Positions 34,356 to 44,732 of a stretch of DNA of 64,000 bases are shown here, piece by piece. The DNA comes from Escherichia coli (lineage in GTDB: Bacteria > Pseudomonadota > Gammaproteobacteria > Enterobacterales > Enterobacteriaceae): NCBI RefSeq assembly GCF_041248615.1, contig NZ_CP158426.1; one strand, 5' to 3'. Each line of letters starts with the position of its first letter. Positions within the stretch are counted from its first letter, which is position 1. The notes below the pieces were generated by a model that worked only from the letters and a program-made list of their open reading frames with translations, ran no database searches and was not told where the DNA came from. Position numbers and translations under genes: made by a program.

Positions 34356-35759
34356 ATGTCTGACCATAATCCACTGACATTAAGACTGAATCTGCGGGAA
34401 AAAATCGCCTATGGTATGGGCGACGTCGGTTCGAATTTAATGCTCTGCATCGGTACTCTGTATCTCCTCAAATTTTATACCGATGAATTAGGGATGCCTG
34501 CTTACTATGGCGGGATTATCTTTCTGGTGGCGAAGTTTTTTACCGCGTTTACCGATATGCTCACCGGATTTTTACTCGACTCGCGGAAAAATATTGGGCC
34601 TAAAGGCAAATTTCGTCCCTTTATTTTATATGCAGCGGTTCCGGCGGCGTTAATTGCAACGCTCCAGTTTATCGCCACCACCTTTAGTTTGCCGGTTAAA
34701 ACGACGATTGCCACCGCACTGTTTATGATGTTTGGACTTTCATACAGTCTGATGAACTGCTCGTATGGTGCGATGATCCCGGCAATTACCAAAAACCCGA
34801 ATGAGCGCGCGCAGCTCGCGGCTTACCGCCAGGGTGGTGCAACCATAGGGCTATTGATTTGTACCGTGGCGTTTATTCCGTTGCAGTCGCTTTTTTCTGA
34901 CTCCACCGTCGGTTATGCCTGCGCGGCACTGATGTTCTCCATTGGTGGCTTTATTTTTATGATGCTGTGCTACAGAGGCGTCAAAGAGCATTATGTGGAC
35001 ACGACGCCAACCGGACATAAAGCCAGTATTCTCAAATCTTTTTGCGCGATATTTCGTAATCCGCCATTGCTGGTTTTGTGCATTGCTAACCTGTGTACCC
35101 TGGCGGCATTTAATATCAAACTGGCGATTCAGGTCTATTACACCCAATATGTGCTGAATGATATTAATTTATTGTCGTGGATGGGATTTTTCAGTATGGG
35201 ATGTATCCTCGTCGGCGTATTACTGGTGCCATTAACTGTAAAATGTTTTGGTAAAAAACAGGTTTATTTAGCTGGCATGGTGCTATGGGCGGTTGGTGAT
35301 ATCCTGAATTATTTCTGGGGAAGTAACTCTTTCACTTTCGTCATGTTCTCTTGTGTCGCCTTTTTTGGCACGGCCTTTGTGAACAGCCTGAACTGGGCGC
35401 TGGTACCAGATACCGTAGATTACGGTGAATGGAAAACCGGTATTCGTGCCGAAGGTTCTGTTTATACCGGTTATACCTTCTTTCGTAAAATTTCTGCCGC
35501 ACTTGCTGGCTTCTTGCCAGGCATTATGCTGACGCAAATCGGTTATGTTCCCAACATCGCGCAAAGTGATGCGACATTACAGGGTTTGCGTCAGCTCATT
35601 TTTATCTGGCCTTGTGCGCTGGCAATTATTGCTGCATTGACGATGGGATTCTTTTACACACTCAATGAAAAACGGTTTGCATTGATTATTGAGGAAATCA
35701 ACCAACGCAAAAATAAAGAGATGGCGACAGAAGAAAAAACAGCTTCCGTAACGTTATAA
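34356..35759 (+). CDS. yihO: GPH-family sulfoquinovose transporter
   Basis: 467 aa from MSDHNPLTLRLNLREKIAYGMGD...; paralog of yihP. Confidence 0.87.
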   Translation: MSDHNPLTLRLNLREKIAYGMGDVGSNLMLCIGTLYLLKFYTDELGMPAYYGGIIFLVAKFFTAFTDMLTGFLLDSRKNIGPKGKFRPFILYAAVPAALIATLQFIATTFSLPVKTTIATALFMMFGLSYSLMNCSYGAMIPAITKNPNERAQLAAYRQGGATIGLLICTVAFIPLQSLFSDSTVGYACAALMFSIGGFIFMMLCYRGVKEHYVDTTPTGHKASILKSFCAIFRNPPLLVLCIANLCTLAAFNIKLAIQVYYTQYVLNDINLLSWMGFFSMGCILVGVLLVPLTVKCFGKKQVYLAGMVLWAVGDILNYFWGSNSFTFVMFSCVAFFGTAFVNSLNWALVPDTVDYGEWKTGIRAEGSVYTGYTFFRKISAALAGFLPGIMLTQIGYVPNIAQSDATLQGLRQLIFIWPCALAIIAALTMGFFYTLNEKRFALIIEEINQRKNKEMATEEKTASVTL

Positions 35760-35826
35760 ATGTCAATAGCCGCTATTTCCATCCTGGTGGGTGGCGGCCT
35801 CCCTACGTTTAAAAAATGGACTTATT

Positions 35827-36519
35827 ATGAAAAAGATTAATGCAATAATTTTATTATCTTCTCTGACCTCTGCCTCGGTATTTGCTGGCGCATACGTCGA
35901 AAACAGGGAGGCATATAATCTCGCCTCCGATCAGGGCGAGGTTATGCTACGTGTGGGTTATAACTTCGATATGGGCGCGGGTATTATGTTAACCAATACC
36001 TATAACTATCAGCGAGAAGATGAACTAAAACATGGATATAACGAAATCGAAGGTTGGTATCCTTTATTTAAACCAACCGATAAATTAACCATCCAGCCCG
36101 GTGGCTTAATTAATGATAAGAGTATCGGTTCGGGTGGTGCCGTTTATCTGGATGTTAACTACAAATTTACTCCGTGGTTTAACCTGACGGTGCGTAATCG
36201 CTATAACCATAATAATTACAGCTCTACAGATTTGAACGGCGAATTGGATAATAACGACACCTATGAAGTTGGCACCTACTGGAATTTTAAAATCACCGAG
36301 AAATTCTCCTATACATTTGAACCACATTACTTCATGCGAGTAAATGACTTTAATAGCAGCAATGGAAAAGATCATCACTGGGAAATCACTAACACCTTCC
36401 GTTATCGCATTAATGAACACTGGCTCCCTTATTTCGAATTACGCTGGTTAGATCGTAATGTCGAACCGTACCACCGCGAGCAAAACCAGATTCGTATCGG
36501 GACGAAGTATTTCTTCTGA
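35827..36519 (+). CDS. ompL: Outer-membrane porin OmpL
   Basis: 230 aa from MKKINAIILLSSLTSASVFA (signal peptide) ... C-terminal RIGTKYFF beta-barrel signature. Confidence 0.88.
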   Translation: MKKINAIILLSSLTSASVFAGAYVENREAYNLASDQGEVMLRVGYNFDMGAGIMLTNTYNYQREDELKHGYNEIEGWYPLFKPTDKLTIQPGGLINDKSIGSGGAVYLDVNYKFTPWFNLTVRNRYNHNNYSSTDLNGELDNNDTYEVGTYWNFKITEKFSYTFEPHYFMRVNDFNSSNGKDHHWEITNTFRYRINEHWLPYFELRWLDRNVEPYHREQNQIRIGTKYFF

Positions 36520-36524
36520 TGTAA

Positions 36525-36610
36525 AACTGCCGGATGCGGCGAAAACGCCTTATCCGGCCTACGGTTGATACGGTTTCCGTTGGCCGGATTAAGCCACATC
36601 CGGCCATTAA
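36525..36610. repeat. REP element(s) between ompL and yihN
   Basis: gccggatgcggcgaaaacgccttatccggcctac plus a partner palindrome ggccggattaagccacatccggcc. Confidence 0.65.
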
Positions 36611-37876
36611 TTAAGCTTCAGCCGCCAGCATCTCTTTCTTACGTTGGCTAATACGCTTAACCAGCATTACGGAAACCACCGCACCACAGAATGCGAAGCA
36701 GGCCATAATGCCAAACACGATTTTGTAGCCAATAATCCCCGGATTTAAATCCAGAATGTAGCCATACAGACTGAAGCAGAACATCGCCGGGGCGTAACCA
36801 ATAAAGCTACCCAACGCCATCGCCGCGCCTGTTTTATTTTCAGCAATTTTTGCTTCGCCGATAGGTGCAAAAAATACGGCTCGCTGTGTAAAGACTATAG
36901 CGCCAAAGCCCAGCGTACATGCCATCCCTAAATAAACCGGCATACTTTCGTGCGGCAGCATAATCAACAGTACGAGCGCAGCGGTACTGATGATAAAGGT
37001 GTAGCATAGATATTTACTCGGCGATTTCAGGATCTTATCTGAAATCATGCCACCAATCGGTCCACCAATCATTTTCAGACAGTATTGGTTAATGATGCCG
37101 TAAGCCCCCACCAGCGCAACGGGCAATAGATAGATGTTTTTCAGGAATGGAATGAAGAATGTCAGGCCACAGTAAACCGCGTAAACGAAGAAGACGTTGA
37201 AAGCGATAAGCCAGATAGTTTTGTCTTTCAGCACCGAGGTCATACTGGTGTTTTTCGATGCTCCGTCTTCTTTTTTCACCTCAACGGACGGTGCCTCTTC
37301 TTTGTCATTCAGAACAAAGAAAATGATAATGCCTACGGCAATCACAATAAGGGAATAGAACCAGATGCCTGCTTTAAAACCCAATAAGCCACTGCCAAAC
37401 CAGGTAAATACTGCCAACGCAGAAAATGCCACCACGGTATCGACAATGCCACGCCCTGTTTCGAAGAAGCCAAACAACCGACCTTGTTGTTCGCTATTGC
37501 CCAATCGACTTACCGACTTGAGCAAGACCGGCCAGTTCATCATGTCGCAAGTAACGCCAAATAGCGCCCAGACAAAGAGGATGCCCCAATACCCCGGCAT
37601 TGTCGTCAAATAAACACCCAGTAATCCTGTCGCAATGAGTGAGAATGACATGGTGTATCTGCGCGGTAGTTTATCGGCAAAATAAATAGACAGAAAAAAG
37701 CCCACTGTCGTGACAAATGAGTTTACCGACATAGCATTACCAATTTGACCATTGGTCAAATGGAAATATTCCTGCATCGGGATATAAAACGCATCTTTCA
37801 GCGACGGTAATTTATAAATTGTACCGCCACACAATGTTAATAGACTAAATAACGCCCATTTCTTTTTCGTGAGCAT
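36611..37876 (-). CDS. yihN: MFS transporter YihN
   Basis: 421 aa, about 12 transmembrane segments, MLTKKKWALFSLLTLCGGTIYKLPSLKDAFYIPMQEYF... Confidence 0.85.
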   Translation of the reverse strand: MLTKKKWALFSLLTLCGGTIYKLPSLKDAFYIPMQEYFHLTNGQIGNAMSVNSFVTTVGFFLSIYFADKLPRRYTMSFSLIATGLLGVYLTTMPGYWGILFVWALFGVTCDMMNWPVLLKSVSRLGNSEQQGRLFGFFETGRGIVDTVVAFSALAVFTWFGSGLLGFKAGIWFYSLIVIAVGIIIFFVLNDKEEAPSVEVKKEDGASKNTSMTSVLKDKTIWLIAFNVFFVYAVYCGLTFFIPFLKNIYLLPVALVGAYGIINQYCLKMIGGPIGGMISDKILKSPSKYLCYTFIISTAALVLLIMLPHESMPVYLGMACTLGFGAIVFTQRAVFFAPIGEAKIAENKTGAAMALGSFIGYAPAMFCFSLYGYILDLNPGIIGYKIVFGIMACFAFCGAVVSVMLVKRISQRKKEMLAAEA

Positions 37877-37977
37877 AACATCCCCTAAGCGATTTTTAAA
37901 ATCACTGTTTTAAAGGCAATAAGATACCGACCATTCATATGGAATGGTTTTATTAACTGCGTATGAGTTAAAACTTA

Positions 37978-38958
37978 TTAGTGGTTCAGAAGATGGTTTG
38001 CCTCTTGTTTGATTTGTTGTAGTACGTTACGCACATGATTTATCTGATTAATTGCATCTTCTTTTTCTTTACGTAACCGCGCATCCAGTAAATGATTTTC
38101 TGGCAATGGTGTTTCACTCATCTGGCGATAAGGGATCCACGGATTATCATCTTCGTCTTCAAAGCGGAACGCCGGCGCATAGTAATCAACCTCTTCTTCC
38201 AGGCCATATGCCGTCACCTGCGGCTCATCATCACCCAGGCAGATAAGGTGCGTTAATAACGCTTTGAACGGCATATCACCCTGACCTGAAATACAGGCTT
38301 TATGACCCAGGCCACCCTCTTCTTTAACGATCAAGGCATCTTTGATATGGACCTGGGTAATATGCGGTGCCATCGTTTTTAAAGCGTCGATGGGATGCTC
38401 ATTTGCATTGATCATGTTCGCAAAATCAAACAGTAAGGAAAGAGATTCCATCTTACTTTCTTTGACCAGCGACACCAGCTCATGGCTTTTTAAATCTTCA
38501 TGCTGTTCGATCGTAAAAGTCAGGCCGCTGTCCTGATACGTTTCCCGTACATAGGCAATGTCGTTAGCGATGATCGATAATACGTCGCGCAAATTACCTT
38601 CATAACGTGGATAAAAACGTACGGACGATGCCCCAGTTTTCAACGCAATGGCGACGGCTTCGTCAATAGATGCCTTATCTGAAGCGCTGGTTTCAATATG
38701 AATATCAAGGTTCAGACGGCGGGCTTTATCCCCAAAGGCAGAGAGTTCTTTATCGTCCATATTACCAAGAGAAAAACGCTCGCCATCTAGAACATGGATT
38801 TTGACGCCACGTAGATTATTTTCACTTGCGATATCAAGTAAATCAGCAGGCAACACTCTTTCCAGCCGCATATTTAAATGAAAGGCATAAGCATGTAAAT
38901 AAAGAGGAAGAGTGTCGACACGTTGTAGAATCTTTCTTGCGTTATTTATTGTCACCAT
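37978..38958 (-). CDS. yihM: Sugar-phosphate isomerase/epimerase (xylose-isomerase-like TIM barrel) YihM
   Basis: 326 aa MVTINNARKILQRVDTLPLYLHAYAFHLNMRLE... Confidence 0.82.
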   Translation of the reverse strand: MVTINNARKILQRVDTLPLYLHAYAFHLNMRLERVLPADLLDIASENNLRGVKIHVLDGERFSLGNMDDKELSAFGDKARRLNLDIHIETSASDKASIDEAVAIALKTGASSVRFYPRYEGNLRDVLSIIANDIAYVRETYQDSGLTFTIEQHEDLKSHELVSLVKESKMESLSLLFDFANMINANEHPIDALKTMAPHITQVHIKDALIVKEEGGLGHKACISGQGDMPFKALLTHLICLGDDEPQVTAYGLEEEVDYYAPAFRFEDEDDNPWIPYRQMSETPLPENHLLDARLRKEKEDAINQINHVRNVLQQIKQEANHLLNH

Positions 38959-38965
38959 AAAACAC

Positions 38966-39676
38966 CTACAGATTAATGATGAGGTCTACGGCCTCAAATC
39001 GCCAATATTCAATATCTATCTGGACAATATTGCCTTGCTGGTCGGCGCGATGCTTTTCAATTAAGATCGCTGGCATACCCGCAGAACCGCCAAGATACTT
39101 GCTGATATCGCCCGGCATTCTGACGGGTTTGAAAATCAATTTTTTTACTACCGTCTCTTTTTGGTAGCACTTTTCCCAGACTGCAGAAAATGAGTGGTTG
39201 TCAAGTTGTTCAATAAAACCCGGAGCAACTTCAGGATTAATATATGTTTCGTGATAGAAAACTTTATGTCCTTCCAGCGCCCCCCAGCCGGTGATGCGAT
39301 AGAGTTCAGTTGATGGTGTCACTGCAATCAGTGGCGCGAGCGTCTCGGGAATATCGCTGGTACGGTTTTTCTCGGTAAACCCCCAGGAAGGCTCTCGTCC
39401 TTGCTCAATTGCGGCCCGCTGAAAGCTCGCTGACAGCTCCGGACTGTAATTAAATCGCGGCTGGGTCACGAACCACCCCTTACGATCCTTACGGAAGATT
39501 TTGGATTCTGCCTCGAGGTTCAACAACGCCTGGCGCAGCGTCATACGTTTAATGCCCAGCAGTTCTCCCAGCTCTCTTTCTGAAGGGAGTTTTCCACCCG
39601 GCGTGGTGATGCCATCTTTCAACCACCGATCCAGTTTCTCTTTTGCATTTTCTACGGTGGATTGATTCTCCGCCAT
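38966..39676 (-). CDS. yihL: GntR-family transcriptional regulator YihL
   Basis: 236 aa, N-terminal winged HTH (SERELGELLGIKRMTLRQALLNLEAE) with UTRA-like C-terminal domain. Confidence 0.82.
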   Translation of the reverse strand: MAENQSTVENAKEKLDRWLKDGITTPGGKLPSERELGELLGIKRMTLRQALLNLEAESKIFRKDRKGWFVTQPRFNYSPELSASFQRAAIEQGREPSWGFTEKNRTSDIPETLAPLIAVTPSTELYRITGWGALEGHKVFYHETYINPEVAPGFIEQLDNHSFSAVWEKCYQKETVVKKLIFKPVRMPGDISKYLGGSAGMPAILIEKHRADQQGNIVQIDIEYWRFEAVDLIINL

Positions 39677-39845
39677 TGTTTAATCCTTTTGGTTTAAACC
39701 AGATGAAGCATCTTACGCTTACGCCAAAAAAGAAAGCAATTAACGGTGTATGACTTTGCAGATAATTGTGACAAAGCTCTCTATTGACGTAATCACAGAC
39801 TTATAAGGGAGATACTCGCATTGGTGTGCGCTCACGACAGGTAAA

Positions 39846-39878
39846 AAAAAACCTGCCAGCGATGGCAGGTTTTTTATA
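39846..39878 (-). terminator. Rho-independent terminator downstream of typA (bidirectional hairpin)
   Basis: aaaaaaaaacctgccagcgatggcaggttttttat: GC stem flanked by A-run and T-run, 15 bp past the typA stop. Confidence 0.75.
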
Positions 39879-39892
39879 ACTAAAAAACGAAA

Positions 39893-41716
39893 TTAATCGT
39901 CTTTCGGTGCGCGGTTGGCGCGACGACGATCGTTTTCCGTCAGGTGACGTTTACGAATACGGATAGAGGTCGGAGTCACTTCTACCAGTTCGTCATCATC
40001 GATGAACTCCAGAGCTTGTTCCAGAGTCATGCGGATAGGCGGAACCAGAACAACGGCTTCGTCAGTACCGGAAGCACGCATGTTGGTCAGTTTCTTACCG
40101 GTCAGGCAGTTTACAGTCAGGTCGTTAGAGCGGCTATGAATACCGATAATCTGACCTTCGTAAACTTCTGCACCGTGACCGAGGAACAGCTTACCGCGAT
40201 CCTGCAGACCGAACAGCGCGAACGCTACCGCTTTACCCTGACCGTTAGAGATCAGTACGCCGTTCTGACGCTGACCCACTTCACCCGGACGTACGTCGTC
40301 GTAGTGGCTGAAGGTGGAGTACAGCAGACCCGTACCAGAAGTCATGGTCATGAACTCAGAACGGAAGCCAATCAGACCACGGCTTGGGATCACGTAGTCG
40401 AGACGTACGCGGCCTTTACCGTCTGGATTCATGTTTTTCAGGTCGCCTTTACGTTCGCCCAGCGCCTGCATCACAGAACCCTGATGCTGTTCTTCAACGT
40501 CCAGCGTCACGTTTTCATACGGCTCTTGTTTACGACCGTCGATTTCACGGAAGATTACTTTCGGACGGGATACCGCCAGTTCGAAACCTTCACGACGCAT
40601 GTTTTCGATAAGAACAGACAGGTGCAGTTCGCCACGACCAGAAACGCGGAACGCATCGGCGTCTTCGGTTTCTTCTACGCGCAGCGCAACGTTGTGTACC
40701 AGTTCTTTGTTCAGACGATCCAGGATCTGACGAGACGTTACGAACTTACCTTCTTTACCGCAGAACGGCGAGGTGTTAACGCAAAAGAACATAGAAACGG
40801 TCGGCTCATCAACGGAGAGTGCCGGCAGCGCTTCAACGTTTTGCGTGTCGCAAACGGTGTCAGAAATGTTCAGTTCGCCCAGGCCCGTGATCGCCACGAT
40901 ATCGCCAGCTTCCGCCAGATCGGTTTCAATACGTTCCAGACCGAGGTGGCCCAGCACTTTACCGACTTTCGCGTTACGGGTTTTGCCTTCGCTATCGATG
41001 ATAGTGACCTGCTGGTTCGGCTTCACTTTACCGCGCTTGATGCGGCCAATGCCGATAACGCCAACATAGCTGTTGTAATCGAGCTGAGAAATCTGCATCT
41101 GGAACGGACCGTCAAGGTCAACGTCCGGCGCAGGAACGTGGTCAACAATCGCCTGATACAGCGGGGTCATGTCTTCCGCCATATCTTCGTGGTCCAGACC
41201 CGCGATACCGTTCAGCGCAGAAGCGTAAACGATCGGGAAGTCCAGCTGCTCGTCGGTCGCGTCGAGGTTAACGAACAGATCGAATACCTGATCCACAACC
41301 CAATCAGGACGCGCGCCAGGGCGGTCAACTTTGTTGATAACAACAATCGGCTTCAGGCCGTAAGCAAACGCTTTTTTGGTTACGAAGCGCGTTTGCGGCA
41401 TCGGGCCGTCAAATGCGTCAACCACCAGCAGCACTGAGTCTACCATGGACATTACACGTTCAACTTCACCACCGAAGTCGGCGTGCCCCGGGGTATCAAC
41501 GATGTTGATACGGTAATCATTCCATTTGATAGCGGTGTTTTTCGCGAGGATGGTAATCCCACGCTCTTTCTCCAAATCGTTGGAGTCCATCACGCGCTCT
41601 TGGGTTTCGGCACGAGAGTCGAACGTACCGGATTGTTGGAGCAGCTTGTCTACCAGGGTGGTTTTACCATGGTCTACGTGCGCGATGATGGCGATATTAC
41701 GCAATTTTTCGATCAC
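39893..41716 (-). CDS. typA: Ribosome-associated translational GTPase TypA/BipA
   Basis: 607 aa [26 protein letters not shown]..., G-motifs AHVDHGKTT / DTPGHADF / NKVD; divergent from glnA. Confidence 0.95.
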   Translation of the reverse strand: MIEKLRNIAIIAHVDHGKTTLVDKLLQQSGTFDSRAETQERVMDSNDLEKERGITILAKNTAIKWNDYRINIVDTPGHADFGGEVERVMSMVDSVLLVVDAFDGPMPQTRFVTKKAFAYGLKPIVVINKVDRPGARPDWVVDQVFDLFVNLDATDEQLDFPIVYASALNGIAGLDHEDMAEDMTPLYQAIVDHVPAPDVDLDGPFQMQISQLDYNSYVGVIGIGRIKRGKVKPNQQVTIIDSEGKTRNAKVGKVLGHLGLERIETDLAEAGDIVAITGLGELNISDTVCDTQNVEALPALSVDEPTVSMFFCVNTSPFCGKEGKFVTSRQILDRLNKELVHNVALRVEETEDADAFRVSGRGELHLSVLIENMRREGFELAVSRPKVIFREIDGRKQEPYENVTLDVEEQHQGSVMQALGERKGDLKNMNPDGKGRVRLDYVIPSRGLIGFRSEFMTMTSGTGLLYSTFSHYDDVRPGEVGQRQNGVLISNGQGKAVAFALFGLQDRGKLFLGHGAEVYEGQIIGIHSRSNDLTVNCLTGKKLTNMRASGTDEAVVLVPPIRMTLEQALEFIDDDELVEVTPTSIRIRKRHLTENDRRRANRAPKDD

Positions 41717-41864
41717 AACTTTGCCTCAGGCATTAGAAATAGCGCGTTATTGTACACGGATTAATCGCACTACAAAACAGGATCACAAACATCCTCCGCA
41801 AACAAGTATTGCAGAGTCCCTTTGTGATCGCTTTCACGGAGCATAAAAAGGGTTATCCAAAGGT

Positions 41865-42010
41865 CATTGCACCAATATGGTGCTTAATGTTTCCATTGAA
41901 GCACTATATTGGTGCAACATTCACATCATGGTGCAGCCCTTTTGCACGATGTTAAGCATGATAACGCCTTTTAGGGGCAATTTAAAAGTTGGCACAGTTT
42001 TCGCTTTATC
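41865..42010 (+). promoter_or_regulatory. glnA control region: NtrC binding sites and sigma-54 promoter glnAp2
   Basis: Dyad sites tgcaccaatatggtgc (about 41868-41883) and gcactatattggtgca (about 41901-41916); sigma-54 -24/-12 element TTGGCACagtttTCGCT at about 41989-42005, about 85 bp upstream of the glnA ATG. Confidence 0.8.
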
Positions 42011-42088
42011 TTTTTTACGGCGACACGGCCAAAATAATTGCAGATTTCGTTACCACGACGACAATGACCAATCCAGGAGAGTTAAAGT

Positions 42089-43498
42089 ATGTCCGCTGAA
42101 CACGTACTGACGATGCTGAACGAGCACGAAGTGAAGTTTGTTGATTTGCGCTTCACCGATACCAAAGGTAAAGAACAGCACGTCACTATCCCTGCTCATC
42201 AGGTGAATGCTGAATTCTTCGAAGAAGGCAAAATGTTTGACGGCTCCTCGATTGGCGGCTGGAAAGGCATTAACGAATCCGACATGGTGCTGATGCCAGA
42301 CGCATCCACCGCAGTGATTGACCCGTTCTTCGCCGATTCTACCCTGATTATCCGTTGCGACATCCTTGAACCTGGCACCCTGCAAGGCTATGACCGTGAC
42401 CCGCGCTCTATTGCGAAGCGCGCCGAAGATTACCTGCGTTCCACTGGCATTGCCGACACCGTACTGTTCGGGCCAGAACCTGAATTCTTCCTGTTCGATG
42501 ACATCCGTTTCGGATCTTCTATCTCCGGTTCCCACGTTGCTATCGACGATATCGAAGGCGCATGGAACTCCTCCACCCAATACGAAGGTGGTAACAAAGG
42601 TCACCGTCCGGCAGTGAAAGGCGGTTACTTCCCGGTTCCGCCGGTAGACTCTGCTCAGGATATTCGTTCTGAAATGTGTCTGGTGATGGAACAGATGGGT
42701 CTGGTGGTTGAAGCCCATCACCACGAAGTAGCGACTGCTGGTCAGAACGAAGTGGCTACCCGCTTCAATACCATGACCAAAAAAGCTGACGAAATTCAGA
42801 TCTACAAATATGTTGTGCACAACGTAGCGCACCGCTTCGGTAAAACTGCGACCTTTATGCCAAAACCGATGTTCGGTGATAACGGCTCCGGTATGCACTG
42901 CCACATGTCGCTGTCTAAAAACGGCGTCAACCTGTTCGCAGGCGACAAATACGCAGGTCTGTCTGAGCAGGCGCTGTACTATATTGGCGGCGTAATCAAA
43001 CACGCGAAAGCGATTAATGCCCTGGCAAACCCGACCACCAACTCTTACAAGCGTCTGGTCCCGGGCTACGAAGCACCGGTAATGCTGGCTTACTCTGCGC
43101 GTAACCGTTCTGCGTCTATCCGTATTCCGGTGGTTTCTTCTCCGAAAGCACGTCGTATCGAAGTACGTTTCCCGGACCCGGCGGCTAACCCGTACCTGTG
43201 CTTTGCTGCCCTGCTGATGGCCGGTCTTGACGGTATCAAGAACAAGATCCATCCGGGCGAAGCAATGGACAAAAACCTGTATGACCTGCCGCCGGAAGAA
43301 GCGAAAGAGATCCCACAGGTTGCTGGTTCTCTGGAAGAAGCACTGAACGAACTGGATCTGGACCGCGAGTTCCTGAAAGCCGGTGGCGTGTTCACGGATG
43401 AAGCGATCGATGCGTACATCGCTCTGCGTCGCGAAGAAGATGACCGCGTGCGTATGACTCCGCATCCGGTAGAGTTTGAGCTGTACTACAGCGTCTAA
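42089..43498 (+). CDS. glnA: Glutamine synthetase
   Basis: 469 aa [35 protein letters not shown]...; adenylylation-site region NLYDLP present. Confidence 0.97.
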
Positions 43499-43504
43499 TA
43501 GTTG

Positions 43505-43540
43505 AAGTTGTACTACCCGGCGCAACAACGCCGGGATTTA
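43505..43540 (+). terminator. Hairpin terminator / attenuator after glnA
   Basis: cccggcgcaacaacgccggg stem-loop followed by attt, just past the glnA stop. Confidence 0.55.
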
Positions 43541-43624
43541 GTTGCCGTGGAAACTTTCAGCCCATCTCTGCATGGGCTTTTTTCTCCGTCAATTCTCTGA
43601 TGCTACGCGCTTTTTATCCGTAAA

Positions 43625-43655
43625 AAGCTATAATGCACTAAAATGGTGCAACCTG
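43625..43655 (+). promoter_or_regulatory. glnL promoter with overlapping NtrC operator
   Basis: ctataat -10-like hexamer overlapped by NtrC-type dyad gcactaaaatggtgca at about 43635-43650, about 25 bp upstream of the glnL start. Confidence 0.6.
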
Positions 43656-43671
43656 TTCAGGAGACTGCTTT

Positions 43672-44721
43672 ATGGCAACAGGCACGCAGCCCGATGCTGG
43701 GCAGATCCTCAACTCGCTGATTAACAGTATTTTGTTAATCGATGACAACCTGGCGATCCATTACGCCAACCCCGCCGCGCAACAACTGCTCGCCCAAAGC
43801 TCCCGCAAATTGTTTGGTACGCCGTTACCGGAACTGTTGAGCTACTTCTCATTAAATATCGAGCTGATGCAAGAAAGTCTGGAGGCGGGGCAAGGCTTTA
43901 CCGATAACGAAGTGACGCTGGTCATCGACGGGCGCTCGCATATCCTTTCTGTGACGGCCCAGCGTATGCCGGACGGCATGATCCTGCTGGAGATGGCTCC
44001 GATGGATAACCAGCGCCGCTTAAGTCAGGAACAGCTACAGCACGCCCAGCAGGTTGCTGCCCGTGATTTAGTGCGCGGCCTGGCACATGAGATTAAAAAT
44101 CCGCTTGGCGGTTTACGTGGCGCGGCGCAGCTGCTCAGCAAAGCATTACCTGACCCGTCACTACTCGAATATACCAAAGTGATTATCGAACAGGCGGACC
44201 GGCTGCGAAATCTGGTCGACCGTCTGTTGGGACCGCAACTGCCCGGTACGCGCGTTACCGAAAGTATTCATAAAGTGGCTGAACGCGTAGTGACGCTGGT
44301 GTCGATGGAACTGCCGGACAACGTGCGGTTGATTCGTGATTACGATCCCAGCCTGCCGGAACTGGCGCACGACCCGGATCAAATTGAACAGGTCTTGCTG
44401 AATATTGTGCGCAATGCGCTACAGGCGCTGGGGCCGGAAGGCGGTGAAATCATTCTGCGTACCCGCACCGCGTTTCAACTGACCTTACACGGCGAGCGCT
44501 ATCGGCTGGCGGCGCGAATTGATGTGGAAGATAACGGGCCGGGCATTCCGCCTCATTTGCAGGATACGCTGTTTTACCCGATGGTCAGTGGCCGCGAAGG
44601 TGGCACCGGGCTTGGCTTATCCATCGCCCGTAATTTGATTGATCAGCATTCAGGCAAAATTGAATTTACCAGTTGGCCTGGTCATACCGAGTTCTCGGTT
44701 TACCTGCCTATCAGGAAATAA
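43672..44721 (+). CDS. glnL: Nitrogen-regulation sensor histidine kinase NtrB
   Basis: 349 aa; H-box [11 protein letters not shown], HATPase_c G-boxes (GTGLGL). Confidence 0.95.
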
Positions 44722-44732
44722 AGGTGACGTTT

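Noticed and set aside
39944-41437. 497-aa plus-strand ORF
   Set aside because: It lies entirely antisense to typA, whose sense frame carries canonical GTPase motifs ([21 protein letters not shown]); the antisense product is a low-complexity R/V/F-rich translation typical of a stop-poor antisense frame.
42050-43528. 492-aa minus-strand ORF
   Set aside because: Antisense to glnA (unmistakable glutamine synthetase in the sense frame); no ribosome-binding site; composition-driven open frame.
43505-43671. Possible glnA 3'UTR-derived sRNA (GlnZ-like)
   Set aside because: A hairpin exists after glnA, but I cannot delimit or verify an sRNA from sequence alone; left as a terminator/attenuator call only.
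44673-44732. ORF-track N-terminal extension of glnG (and similar extensions for rhaA, rhaD, rhaR, yihX, csqR, yihV, yihP, yihO, ompL, hemN, yihI, yihG, yihF, yihD, yiiE, yiiF)
   Set aside because: The track reports the most upstream ATG/GTG/TTG; these extensions overlap upstream genes or lack ribosome-binding sites, and trimmed starts give lengths and N-termini consistent with the known proteins.
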